A DNA stretch of 63,078 nucleotides, counting the filler, from Octopus bimaculoides (taxonomy: Eukaryota), in assembly GCF_001194135.2 (NCBI RefSeq). It is 5 parts of 5 records of this genome, joined end to end, with 100 filler letters (N's around TTAATTAATTAA, not from the genome) between each part and the next. Parts side by side here need not be neighbours in the genome. Positions count along the whole stretch, not along the records: positions 11,455 to 13,591 come from NC_068985.1; positions 13,692 to 37,974 come from NC_068992.1; positions 38,075 to 48,727 come from NC_068981.1; 2 more parts are not named here. One strand, given 5' to 3'. Positions 12,873 through 44,566 of the stretch are shown here, piece by piece. Each line of letters opens with the position of its first letter. Position 1 is the first letter of the stretch. The notes under the pieces are model-generated. The model was not told the origin of the DNA, ran no database searches, and saw only the letters and a list, made by a program, of their open reading frames with translations. Both the position numbers and the translations under genes were made by a program.

Positions 12873-13591
12873 GTTTCAAATTTTCGCACAACAATTTTGA
12901 GGGGAGAGGATAAGTCGATTACATTGAACCCTTGCATATTTTCTCACACCCTAACAGTTCCGCCAGCTCGCCACCGTGAACTTCCTAAGTAATGCTGTCA
13001 AATTTTGGTAAAATGCCTGCAATTCTGAAGGAAGAGGATAAGTCGATTACATCGACCCAGTGAGCAACTGGTACTTATTTTATCAACCTCAAAAGGATGA
13101 GAGACAAAGATGACCTCAGCGGAATTTGAACTCAAAACGAAGAGAGCCGAAAGAAATGCAGCTAAGCATTTTATCCGGCGTGAAAACTATTCTGCCAGTT
13201 CGCTGCCTTTAACTTCTTAAATAATCTTTCCTACTACAGCCCCAAGGCCTGAAATTTAGTGGGAGGGGCCCTGTCAATTATATAGACCTTAGTGCTTCAC
13301 TGGCGCTTATTTTATCGACCCCGAAAGAATGAAAGGCAAAGTCGACCTCGGCGGAATTTGAACTCAGAATGTAAAGACTGACGAAATACTCCTAGGCATT
13401 TCGCCCGGCGTGCTGACGTTTCTTATTTCTTTATTGCCCACAAGGGGCTAAACATAGAGGGGACAAACAAGGAGATTAAGTCGATTAGATCAACCCCAGT
13501 GCGTAACTGGTACTTTATTCATCGACTCCGAAAGGATGAAAGGCAAAGTCGACCTCGGCGGAATTTGAACTCAGAACGTAACGGCAGACGA
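12873..13591 (-). mobile_element. Cluster of four co-oriented Meta-domain SINEs, the last inserted at the head of the third
   Basis: Copies at about 12873-12976, 12995-13209, 13222-13423 and 13422-13591 share ccgaggtcgactttgcctttcatcc..ggggtcgataaa..agtaccag, similar to the MetaSINE central domain. Confidence 0.8.
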
Positions 13592-14411
13592 NNNNNNNNN
13601 NNNNNNNNNNNNNNNNNNNNNNNNNNNNNNNNNNNTTAATTAATTAANNNNNNNNNNNNNNNNNNNNNNNNNNNNNNNNNNNNNNNNNNNNCATTTAAGA
13701 ACCACACAAAAACCGTTAGATTCACTTCAACAATTAAATTTAATTTGCCAAAATATTTTCCTCGCTTATAAACACCTTCCACACTGCAATTATTTTCGTT
13801 ACAGCGCACGATTTCAGATCAGGTCACTCGCTATGCAAGTACATTTCCGTAATATATATATATATATATATGCCTGCCTATCTACCTACCTGTGTATCTA
13901 TCTACCTACCTGTCTGTCTGCCTGTCTCTCAATCTATTTATCAACCTGTCTGTCTATCTATCTATCTATCTATCCATCTATCTATCTATCCATCTATCTA
14001 TCTATCCATCTATCTATCTCATGTAGTGTACTGAAAGTGGGCTGACAAGCGAACTTCTTGCTACACAGGCAATAAATATACCACTGTCTCAGTACCAGAC
14101 TCGAGAGGATGATCTTCAGAAATCTAGAAAGGACACGATGAACTAATAAAGAAATTATATCTGGCAGCTATTAAATGACACAGTGAAAATATGCAAAACA
14201 CTGCAAAAGTGTACAAACACACCTGTAGACATTCAAACATGCACGTGGACTCACAGATGAAAACATGTGGATTAACACACAAAATGAGATCGATGTTTGT
14301 ACGCATGCTCTGTGTGCACATATGTACGTAAATATCTTCATACATACATGCACGCATATACGCATACATACAGATACGCATACATACATATATATACATG
14401 CATATATACAT

Positions 14412-14474
<63 letters not shown>

Positions 14475-14539
14475 TACATATATATACATATACACCTACC
14501 CATGCATACATATATACATACACACATACATATATATGC

Positions 14540-14579
<40 letters not shown>

Positions 14580-14789
14580 GACTAGCCAAGGGATACTGTG
14601 TAAATCTCAATAACAGAGTCTTGTTTCTGGGTTAGAATTTATGAGAAATTTGATACTTAATAGCACAGAAGGCGCTGTCCACTTGTTGATACACAGAAAC
14701 ATTTACTTATTATACTTGACTATTTCTTTGGTTCCTATAATCATGAATAGCTTGCTGACGTCATAAATCCTCACAAAATGCCTTTCTTC

Positions 14790-15027
14790 CTAACCTTAAG
14801 CGTTTTTATACCGACCTGCCTGCTTGCGACTACCTTTGATTCTATGCTAGAAACTTCTACTTTTAAATTGATCTACATTAAATTACTTCGTAAAAATTTG
14901 ATGTTAATTTATCTTCATAACACCAGCTTAATAATGACAAAATTATTTCACTAAATTCTTCATTAACTTGAAAGTTAATTGAAACACACACAATGTATTT
15001 CATTAAAAATACTGTAATAAAAATGGT
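14790..15027. mobile_element. piggyBac-like MITE remnant
   Basis: Ends resemble ttaacc(ct)tt../..aaa(t)ggttaa with TTAA; AT-rich non-coding interior. Confidence 0.4.
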
Positions 15028-16142
15028 TAAAGAGAATGTAACGTGGAATCAAAGATGAAGTGATAAAGATATATCAGTCGATATTTTAGAGAGATAATAT
15101 GTCAGCAGTTTCTTTTAAAAATATGTAAAAATATTTGCGTTTTCTTTTCTTAATTTAATGAATATAAATCAAAAAATATTAAACGGTAAAAATAAATAAA
15201 TAAATAAAAATCATTATTGTTACTGTGTTGACATTATCAAAGCAAATATATTCTCATAGAGTGATGAAAAAAATTTCAAATTAAAACAGTCCAGAGGAAA
15301 ATTGGTAAAAGTTATATTTTTATGACACTAAGGAAGAATTGTAAATATGATATATTATTATAAATAACTAACATTTCGACCTTGTTTGTATAGTCGTCAG
15401 TAATAAAAATCAAGATCTTCCAAGGGAAGTAACTCTTCATTTGGAAACTTCAAACACTATTTACGGAAACTATTTACACCTATGGAGTTATGAAATTCGT
15501 TTTATTTTATCGTTGTATAATTTTTGGCATTGTTCATTCTTTTTCACTCAGTTCCGCTCCTGTCTCCTTGCATTCGTGTTGATGTTGTTGCAATTGTTTT
15601 TCACATTTACTTTCTGGTAGGGCTGAATATACCCCAGTTGTATCGGAGGTATGTCAGCTACAAGAGAGCTCTTGTTCATCATTAAAGCCTTCACGTTTGT
15701 CAAGACTTCTTAACGTTTGTGTGCGAGTGTATATGTGTATGTCATTATATATGTGTGTATGTATGTATGTANNNNNNNNNNNNNNNNNNNNNNNNNNNNN
15801 NNNNNNNNNNNNNNNNNNNNNNNNNNNNNNNNNNNNNNNNNNNNNNNNNNNNNNNNNNNNNNNNNNNNNNNNNNNNNNNNNNNNNNNNNNNNNNNNNNNN
15901 NNNNNNNNNNNNNNNNNNNNNNNNNNNNNNNNNNNNNNNNNNNNNNNNNNNNNNNNNNNNNNNNNNNNNNNNNNNNNNNNNNNNNNNNNNNNNNNNNNNN
16001 NNNNNNNNNNNNNNNNNNNNNNNNNNNNNNNNNNNNNNNNNNNNNNNNNNNNNNNNNNNNNNNNNNNNNNNNNNNNNNNNNNNNNNNNNNNNNATACATA
16101 TATATATATATACATATATCTATGTACATTTATATATATATG

Positions 16143-16188
<46 letters not shown>

Positions 16189-17346
16189 CAAACGTGCATA
16201 TGTGTGTATGTATGCATGTATGTGTGCATGTGTGTATGTATGTATGTATGTATGTATGTATGTATGTACGTATGTATATCGCTTTGCTGAGTTCAGTTTT
16301 GATTTTTGTGAATCAATCGTTTCATTCAGTCTTTTTCATTAAATTCTCTGTAACGAATTGTTTTTCTTTTTTTTTCTTTCCATCCCCCCATTCCCTTTCT
16401 TTCCGTCAGTAAATGTTCTTGCAATTATTGTTACCATGGTATTTTTGTCCCACTTTTTTTTTTATCTTTTAATATTAATTATTTACTATATTTGGTATTG
16501 TTTTTAAGAAATTCATTTGAACACTTTTTTAGTATTTCGCTGTTGAACTTCATCAAAAGTATTGTTTCTTTTGTTTTGTTTTGTTGATGTTTTTTTTTTT
16601 GTTTTATTATTATTATTTTTTTTTTGGTTTTTGGCTTTTGTATTTCCATCAACTTTGGAATTTCAGTGTTTCCGCCGTCCAGTTTTATTGTCCGATTTCT
16701 TTCTTTTTCCTAAATAATTAGAAAGAAATATTAATTGCCTATTCGCAATTTAAAATTGAAAGCATTTTGACAAGTTAATATCTCAGCTCAGTATAAGTAT
16801 AGAAAAAGGGAGAGAGAGAGAGAGNNNNNNNNNNNNNNNNNNNNNNNNNNNNNNNNNNNNNNNNNNNNNNNNNNNNNNNNNNNNNNNNNNNNNNNNNNNN
16901 NNNNNNNNNNNNNNNNNNNNNNNNNNNNNNNNNNNNNNNNNNNNNNNNNNNNNNNNNNNNNNNNNNNNNNNNNNNNNNNNNNNNNNNNNNNNNNNNNNNN
17001 NNNNNNNNNNNNNNNNNNNNNNNNNNNNNNNNNNNNNNNNNNNNNNNNNNNNNNNNNNNNNNNNNNNNNNNNNNNNNNNNNNNNNNNNNNNNNNNNNNNN
17101 NNNNNNNNNNNNNNNNNNNNNNNNNNNNNNNNNNNNNNNNNNNNNNNNNNNNNNNNNNNNNNNNNNNNNNNNNNNNNNNNNNNNNNNNNNNNNNNNNNNN
17201 NNNNNNNNNNNNNNNNNNNNNNNNNNNNNNNNNNNNNNNNNNNNNNNNNNNNNNNNNNNNNNNNNNNNNNNNNNNNNNNNNNNNNNNNNNNNNNNNNNNN
17301 NNNNNNNNNNNNNNNNNNNNNNNNNNNNNNNNNNNNNNNNNNNNNN

Positions 17347-18300
17347 AGAAAATTTCGATCAAAAGAGATCGTTGTAAAACAAAAAGCGATCAATAGGGAT
17401 CGTGTATCACAGAAGTGTCATAGTGTAAAAACAGATTAGGTTCATCCGTGATAAGAAAAGCCTATGAAAAAGACCACGGTAACCTCGGACAATAATGTCA
17501 TGCAAAAAACACATTACAGTAAGTGACTCTTTTTTCCTTTCTTCTTCTGGTTCATAGGATTATGCTCAAGCTGGCTCCGTCATTCACACGTGCCATCCTT
17601 GCTACATTCACCCATCTTTTTTTAAAACATTCACTAGACAAAACATCCCTCTCTGCTCTCACCTTCCTCCTCAAGTGATACTTGAAGAAGCTGATGAGAG
17701 ATGCACCAGAGAGGAAAGTGTTTGTCTCAAGACATTTTAGATGCATCCACCATACACATTCTTTCGCCATAGCTACATTGTACGATTAAAATAGCTCTTC
17801 CTTCTCGTTTAAAGGAAGGAGGCGCGACGATATTCACGATAGACTCGGTTTATAAACTGACTCGTCAGACTCGGTTTATAAACTGACTCGTCCCACACAC
17901 GATAGCAATCGTTCGACATAGGCCCACAGGTCGGAAATGGTTGGACACTGTACGCGTGCGTGCAGAACGGTTTTGTCGCTCTGACCGCATCTCGGGCAGG
18001 TCGGCCCCGTGTTTCTCGAGTCATGCCTGTAGAGCTTATCCCGAACGGGTAGCGCTTCTTGATAGCACTGCCAGGCCAGGCATCTCTGGAAGTTGTCCAT
18101 ACGTCCCGGCCCGAAAGTCGTCTTGAACAGGCGGGTCAGGTATTCCTCGTCGACGCCCAGGTTCACCCCGAGATCGTCGTCGTACCTCCCCTCCACTAAT
18201 CCCCTATAGACTGCTTTGGTTGTGTTGCAGTCACTCAAGGTCGACCCGGAACGGCATAGATCCTCGAGAGCAACGTGACACTCGCGGTGTCATTCGCCCT
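17347..18300 (-). mobile_element. Tx1-clade (L1 group) LINE 3' fragment
   Basis: LAWQCYQEALPVRDKLYRH..TCPRCGQSDKTVLHARVQCPTISDLW (zf-RVT/CCHC) then AKECVWW..FFKYHLRRKVRAER..SIIL* and a 3' UTR; a 26-nt tandem duplication at about 17841-17892 breaks the frame. Confidence 0.75.
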
Positions 18301-18447
18301 GTGTGTGNNNNNNNNNNNNNNNNNNNNNNNNNNNNNNNNNNNNNNNNNNNNNNNNNNNNNNNNNNNNNNNNNNNNNNNNNNNNNNNNNNNNNNNNNNNNN
18401 NNNNNNNNNNNNNNNNNNNNNNNNNNNNNNNNTGTGTGTGTGTGTGT

Positions 18448-18498
<51 letters not shown>

Positions 18499-18532
18499 GC
18501 TTAAGAAATATTTGGTTTCCTTTCAAACTTAC

Positions 18533-37687
<19,155 letters not shown>

Positions 37688-38376
37688 CTGAAAAGAAAAC
37701 ATATTAGATTAAATGCAAGGAGGGGTTAACGAATAGTGAGATGTACTTAATATCAGATTGCTAAACACCAGTCATTGTATATCGTAAGGAATAAGAAACT
37801 GGGTCCAGATTAAAGAGCAATGGGGCCTGTAACAAATATATGGACGCTATGATCAACGGTTGGCTACTGTTTCCACTCCATAATGCCCACAAAATGCTCC
37901 CCACGTTTACTACAGTGAAATAGTCGCACACATACACACTCACAATATGTCTGTGTGTGCGTGTGTATATATATNNNNNNNNNNNNNNNNNNNNNNNNNN
38001 NNNNNNNNNNNNNNNNNNTTAATTAATTAANNNNNNNNNNNNNNNNNNNNNNNNNNNNNNNNNNNNNNNNNNNNGCCCGCGAAAAGATCAACTGCCTGGA
38101 ACTGGCCAGGAGCAGGCGTCCACTGGGATGGTCGTCGGCCCAGGTCAGTGAAGCAGTCCTCGTTGGGTGCGGGTGGTGTGTTATGGAAAAGCGCACCCAA
38201 CCTAACGCGGCGCACAAAGCTGTGGACATCAGCACGGGTTTGAAATTCCTTGCAGGATGGAGTGAGTGGGATGAAGCGCAGACCCCTATTGAGGACGGAG
38301 CGCTCCGCCTCAGAGAGAGGAAGATCTGGGGGAATGGTAACGACAGGCTGAAGTGGAGAATGGGTGGGTGGAATAG

Positions 38377-38397
38377 AACCCTAACCCTAACCCTAAC
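38377..38397. repeat. Interstitial telomeric-type repeat (AACCCT)3.5
   Basis: aaccctaaccctaaccctaac. Confidence 0.8.
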
Positions 38398-38421
38398 ACT
38401 TGTACCTGTTTTACGATATCT

Positions 38422-38669
38422 TTTATCTTTCATCTTTTACTTGCTTTAGAAATTAGACCGCGGCCATGCTGGGGCACTGCCTTGAATTTTTAGTCGAATG
38501 AATCGACCCCCAGTACTCATCTTTTAAGCCTGGTACTTATTCTATTGACACCAACAGGATGAAAAGCAAAATTACCCTCGGTGGAATTTGAACTCAGAAC
38601 ATATAGACAAACGAAATGCCACTAAGCATTGAGTCCGCCGTGCAAACAATTCTGCCAGTTCGCCGCCCG
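38422..38669 (-). mobile_element. Chimeric SINE: Meta-type head/core plus CORE-family tail
   Basis: Head gggcggcgaactggcagaattgtt..gagttcaaattccaccgagg; tail aaggcagtgccccagcatggccgcgg..aagtaaaagatgaaagataaaa. Confidence 0.75.
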
Positions 38670-39317
38670 AATAAGATGAAAAATATTGACGGTAATAACA
38701 TTTAAAATGACAATATTTCTGATAGCTGAGAGGTTTGCCTTGGAAGAAAACTGAACTATCTGTCAAATATTCATATGGATCACGGTTAGCTTAATACATT
38801 TTTTAGTCAGACAATTAAATGTTCGAGGGATACCATTGCTGGCCTGTGCTAAGGGCATCAGTAAGCTTTAATCCGGCCCACACATTTGTAGACTTTCTCT
38901 TCTGTGGTGTTCATAAAATATGTACCAGATATATGGTGTGTTCGATTCAATCGTTTCTATCCCCCCTCACACACCCGCCAAAAAGTTTCTGACTTAAGAT
39001 TAGACTGGAAACAACGTTAGAATAGAGTGAAAACAACAGAATTGAATAGCTTGAAAAGAAAAAAAATGGCTGTGAGGATAAGATCGTTAATCGATTGTAG
39101 TTCTATTGGTGAACGTCATATATGTGAGGGCTAGATGTAGATTCAAAGGTTCCATTTGATCGTATCAATAAATTATTTCAACTGTCTATGTCACAGTTTA
39201 CGCTATTCTGGGAAGGACTGCATAGTAGTTAAGTTCAACCTGTGAACGACGAAGTGCCTGACAGAACCAAACAGAATCATCTTTTAAGCAACTGTTGTTA
39301 AAGGGAATTGATTTTGC

Positions 39318-39376
<59 letters not shown>

Positions 39377-39934
39377 AAGATAGATAGACAGATAGATAGA
39401 GGAAAACAGTGAGAGAAACGGTAAGAATAATAAAGTGAATCAATGAGAAGGAAAATGATAGTAAGATGGATCAGGAAAGAAACTGTGGACAGAGGGAAAG
39501 ACTGGGATATACAGAGTGGAAGGTAAAGGGAAAAGAAGAGACAAAGAGAAAGAAAGAAAGAGAGGGGGAGGGAGGGAGAGAGAGAGAATGAGTAAAGGGG
39601 AGAAAGAAAGTGAGAAAGAGAAGGGATAAAATAGTGAAAGAAAGAACGTGAGCGATAAGACAATGAGAGAGACAAAGAGACAAGTGATAAAACTGCGTGT
39701 GTGTGCGTGTGTGCGCATGTGCAAACGAGATAAAGAGAAAGAGAAAGAGAAAGAGAAGGAAAGAGATAGAGAGAATGAAGAGTTGAGAGGGAAAGAGAAA
39801 AATTGTTACATAAAAGTGTAAAAACCATCCCTATAAAAGAATGCATGAAGCACAGGCATATTCTAAAGATCAATCTTCAGAAATTGTTTTAAATCTTCAT
39901 AAATTCTTTTAAACTTTTAATACATTTGTAAGTA

Positions 39935-40195
39935 AAAAAATAATAAATGCGCCCTTCTAAGGCCTAGCCAGGCTCATGGGCCCGGTTTCCCGGTTTCAAT
40001 GGCGAATGTGTTCCGCACCTGGACGGGACGCCAGTCCATCGTAGCGTTATTCATTTTTGCCAGCTGAGTGAACTGGAGCAACGTGAAATGAAGTGCTTTG
40101 CTCAAGAACACAACGCGTTGCTCGGTCCAGGAATCGAAACCACAATCTTATGATCATGGTGCTGACACCCTAACCACTAAGCCGCGCGCCTCCAC
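39935..40195 (-). mobile_element. Full-length SINE (head B plus V-domain-like core and tail) with 13-bp TSD
   Basis: TSD acatttgtaagta at 39922-39934 and 40196-40208; gatggactggcgtcccgtccagg resembles the V-SINE domain. Confidence 0.88.
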
Positions 40196-40325
40196 ACATT
40201 TGTAAGTATTCATTTCTATTCATGTTTCAGCAAATGTGAAACTACATAGTAATTCCCGCCAGCAGTATTGTATTCAGCGTTACCCCCAACAGATCCAAAG
40301 TAACTTCAAACATTATTAGAGCAGT

Positions 40326-40492
40326 TATCTGAGGATTGACAGCGAGAAATACCACACCAAACAGCGACTCAGTAACGCAGGAGCCAACTTTGTGCAGGTT
40401 GCTGTCGAGACATCAGGTGTTCTAAGACCCCGTATTACCGATTTCCTCGGCAAAATTAGGGATAATGGCGGCCCGTCAAAGAAATGAACCCC

Positions 40493-40496
<4 letters not shown>
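40326..40496 (+). mobile_element. CRE-like LINE remnant, restriction-like endonuclease C-terminus
   Basis: EKYHTKQRLSNAGANFVQVAVETSGVLRPRITDFLGKI / IMAARQRNEPR.RE fits the K.Y...F.P.AVET.G..G....FL..LG......GEPRE pattern. Confidence 0.55.
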
Positions 40497-40538
<42 letters not shown>

Positions 40539-40552
40539 CATAATATATACAG

Positions 40553-40875
40553 TGGTAGCGCAATGGCCCAGTGGTTAGAGCAGCGGACTCGCGGTCGGAG
40601 GATCAGGGTTTCGATTCCCAGACCGGGCGTTGTGTATATTTATTGAGCGAAAACACTTAAAGCTCCACGAGGCTCCAGCAGGGGATGGTGGCGACCCCTG
40701 TTGTACTCTTTCGCCCCGACTTTCTCTCAGTCTTTCTTCCTGTTTCTTGAGTAAAGCTGCGATGGACTGGCGTCCCGTCCAGCTGGGGGGAACACATACG
40801 CCATAGAAACCGGGAAACCGGGCCCATGAGCCTAGCTAGGCTTTAAAAGGGCGCAAAATAAAAGAAATAAAAAAA
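40553..40875 (+). mobile_element. Chimeric SINE (head A plus V-like core and tail)
   Basis: 5' 190 nt match 11969-type copies; 3' part gcgatggactggcgtcccgtccag..gaaaccgggcccatgagcc matches 39935. Confidence 0.85.
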
Positions 40876-40886
40876 TGAAGAATAGA

Positions 40887-41035
40887 TGCACAGACGTGAC
40901 TGTGTAGTAAGGCGTTTTCTTCTCAGCTACATGGTTTCAGGTTCAATCCCACTGCTTGGCATATCTGTCAAGTATCTTCTACTATGGCCGCGGGTCGACC
41001 GAGGGATGTAGCAAATGTAATGGACAGACAGCTAG
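40887..41035 (+). mobile_element. Degenerate CORE-type SINE head
   Basis: ggttcaatcccactgcttggca..aagtatcttctactatggcc. Confidence 0.6.
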
Positions 41036-41039
41036 AAGA

Positions 41040-41870
41040 AAGCCTCTCCTTCAACCAATTAATATCATGAAAGGAAAGAAATGGGCACAAGGAGATGTCA
41101 GAAAAATCCAGTTCATTTTGGGATAGAGTGATTTTCACAGATGAATCCAGATTTGCATTATTTTCAAACAGTGGACGTGTTTGGGTCTGAAGGCTTCCCA
41201 ATCAAGAATTTGATTTCAAACGATTCCAACCAACTGTGAAACATGGCGATATCTCTGTAATGGTATGGGGAGCTGTCACCGACAATGGTCGTTCTGAGCA
41301 GATCGAATGTGTTGGAACCATAAAGTCTAAAAAATACATCGCAATACTTAAGCAAGGACTACTTCCGATGTATTCACACGATAACATAGCGAAGAATGAG
41401 TTTTTATTCATGGAAGATGGGGCTCCATGCCACACAGCGAAAAGGAATCAACAATGGCTGACTGAAAATGGGATCAAAAGGCTTCCTTGGCCTAGCCAAT
41501 CTCCTGACATGAACCTAATTGAAAATCTTTGGAGCATACTAGATAGAGCTATACGAAAACTTGACAGACACCTAATAAACCTATATAAAGATGAATTGTT
41601 TCGATTGTTGCGTGAAAAGTGGGCAGACATTCCATAAGAGACAATCACAAAGCTCATCAGTTCAATGCTGAAAAGAGTTCCTGAATTAAAACCTGCAAAG
41701 GGAATGTCAATTAAATACTAAAGTATGTAGTCCTATCTATGGATTACATTTCAATTGTTCGCTTTGAGTATTAAATAAAAGATTTTGAAAATTAAAGGTA
41801 TCTATTTACTTCCTGCATGTCTGTATATATTTATATTAAAAAATGGAACCACACATGGACCGTTGGCGAT
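41040..41870 (+). mobile_element. Tc1-family (DD34E) transposase relic
   Basis: KPLL..WDRVIFTDESRF..PTVKHGDISVMVWG..FMEDGAPCH..WPSQSPDMNLIENLW; 34 residues between D and E; in-frame stops. Confidence 0.9.
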
Positions 41871-41904
41871 TTTCTTTTTTCTTTTTTCTTCGGAATTTTC
41901 CTTT

Positions 41905-41950
41905 TCTCCTTTCCAACGAAGAGCCATGCTCGAAACGTTGAAACTCTCTC
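41905..41950 (+). other. Degenerate hammerhead-like motif
   Basis: ccaacgaa-GAGC-cat-GCTC-GAAA-CG-TT; perfect stem II and palindromic stem III, but no CUGA. Confidence 0.35.
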
Positions 41951-42895
41951 TGTTCACCGACGGTTAAACAAATATAATTCTTGTGCACTTCCTTACGTTC
42001 GTTTTTTACTCTTTTTCTCTTTTTGTTTTCTCTCTCTGTTTTTTATTCGTTTTTTTAATTGTTTGTTCGTTGAATTGACTATGTGTGTGTGTGCGCGCGT
42101 GCGTGTGCGCGTGCGTGCGTGTGTGTGTGAATTTGAATCTATTTTAAACATTATCTCATTTATTTATTACTTGTTTCTTTATTCTCTCCTCTAACTAATC
42201 CATTGGCCTCCTGATTACTGACTATAAAATAAAGGCTTCATTCAGGTGTAAATTTTTTATTATTGGAAGAATTCCTAATAGGATATACCTTACATATTTC
42301 TTCAACATTTACAATTTTGTTACTCCTATTAGCATATGAAACACACGTGATGGTAAATAATACCAAAAATTCTTCCCAATCTGCTGTTCAACTATTTTCC
42401 AGTATTGTTCAACTCTTACGTATACTTCATACAATTATAAATCAACACACCATTTTGGAATATGCAGGATTGCTTCATGAGGACACAGCTTGGATTATAA
42501 CCCTATCTACAAACTATGTACGTATATATATATATATATNNNNNNNNNNNNNNNNNNNNNNNNNNNNNNNNNNNNNNNNNNNNNNNNNNNNNNNNNNNNN
42601 NNNNNNNNNNNNNNNNNNNNNNNNNNNNNNNNNNNNNNNNNNNNNNNNNNNNNNNNNNNNNNNNNNNNNNNNNNNNNNNNNNNNNNNNNNNNNNNNNNNN
42701 NNNNNNNNNNNNNNNNNNNNNNNNNNNNNNNNNNNNNNNNNNNNNNNNNNNNNNNNNNNNNNNNNNNNNNNNNNNNNNNNNNNNNNNNNNNNNNNNNNNN
42801 NNNNNNNNNNNNNNNNNNNNNNNNNNNNNNNNNNNNNNNNNNNNNNNNNNNNNNNNNNNNNNNNNNNNNNNNNNNNNNNNNNATATAGACACACG

Positions 42896-43196
42896 TAGGC
42901 GCAGGCGCGGCTTTGTGGTAAGAAGCTTACTTACCTACAATATTAACAATATGGTTCTGGGTTTAGACTCACCTTGGGCAAGTGTGTCTTGTACTATATC
43001 CTAGGGTCGACCAAAGCCTTGAGAGTGGATTTGGGAGACGGAAATTGAAAGAAGCTCGTCATATATATATTTGCGTGTGCGTGTGTGTGTGTGTGTGTGT
43101 TCGGCAAAATGAACCGATAGAATAAGTACCAGGCTTTGAAAGAATAAAAGTACTGAGGTCGATTCTCTCGACTAAAATCCCTTCAAGGGGGCGTTG
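42896..43196 (+). mobile_element. CORE-type SINE, internally deleted
   Basis: caccttgggcaagtgt core, ccaaagccttg, tail gatagaataagtaccagg. Confidence 0.8.
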
Positions 43197-43888
43197 TGTG
43201 GGTGTGCTTGTGTTTCCGCCTGTCGCTGTGGCTGTGCTTGCAGTATATATGTATGAATGGGTGCTCGCATGCGTCTGTTGTTTGTATGACTATGTGTGTG
43301 CGTGTGTGTTTGTGTGAGTGTAAGTGTATGCGTGTCTGTATGAGTGCATAGGTACGTATGGTTAAGCTTGAATGTGTGTGAGTGTGCATGTTTTGTTTGT
43401 GTGTTTGCGTGAGTGTGTGTGAACGACTCAAATCCAGGCGTATGTGAATGCATGTTTTTGCGCATGTGAAAAATAAGATGTTCAGAAGCTGACAGACACA
43501 ACCACACACACATACACACACAAACACACACACACACACATACACACACACACTCTCTCTCTCTTTTTCTCCCTCTCTCTCTCTCTATCTCACCCTCTCT
43601 CTCTCTATCTCACCCTCTCGCTCTGCTTCTCTCTCTCTATCTGTCTCTCACTCTCACTTCCTCTATTTCTCCCTCCCTCTCTCTCCCTCCTTCTCTCTCC
43701 CTCTCTCTCTTTATCTCCCTCTCTCTCTCGCACGCACACACACACACGCTCTCTATCAGGCATATGCGCACATACGAGGTGTTACAAAGTTGGTAAGGTG
43801 AAAAGAGAAAGGATGAGAGCGAAATGAAAGAGAGAGAGACAGATAGACAAACAGATAGAGAATGAAAGGAGAGATATGTTTATAAATA

Positions 43889-43922
<34 letters not shown>

Positions 43923-44141
43923 TCCTGTGTGTCAGTAAAGTAGGCAGCAGATTTAGGCACACGCACATATATAGACATGCAACTAAGCACACAAATACAC
44001 AAATTCAAACGCACACTGTTAGATAAAAGCTGAAAGAGAGAGAGAGACACACACACAGAGAGAGACAGAGAGACAGAAAGAGTGAGAGAGAGAGAGACTG
44101 ACATAAACAAATTCCCCTTTCTCTAGCGTTCTCTCTCTCTT

Positions 44142-44179
<38 letters not shown>

Positions 44180-44189
44180 NNNNNNNNNN

Positions 44190-44225
<36 letters not shown>

Positions 44226-44280
44226 ATACATATATGTATAGATGTATAGTGCAAGCCCATCATGTATATATTTATATATT

Positions 44281-44312
<32 letters not shown>

Positions 44313-44359
44313 TGTATGTATGTATGTATACATTTATGCGTGTGTGTGTGTGTTTGTGT

Positions 44360-44566
44360 CTGTGTTTGTTCCTCCACTATCGCTTTGCAACCGATGTTGA
44401 TGTGTTTACGTCTCCGTAGCTTAGCGGTTCGGCAAAAGACAACAATAGAATAAGTACTATGATTATAAAGAAGAAGACCTAGGGTCAATTTCTTCCACTA
44501 AAAAGGTCTTTAGGGAGGTGCTCCAGCATGGCCGCAGTCAAATGACTGAAACAAGTAAAAGAATAA
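44360..44566 (+). mobile_element. 3' half of CORE-type SINE
   Basis: Matches the 3' half of 51360. Confidence 0.85.

Noticed and set aside
15621-15650. 28-nt plus-strand ag..gtatgt mini-exon
   Set aside because: Isolated, not a multiple of 3, no partner exons
42263-42540. AT-rich open frame
   Set aside because: No recognisable domain or convincing splice pair; extended only by a gap
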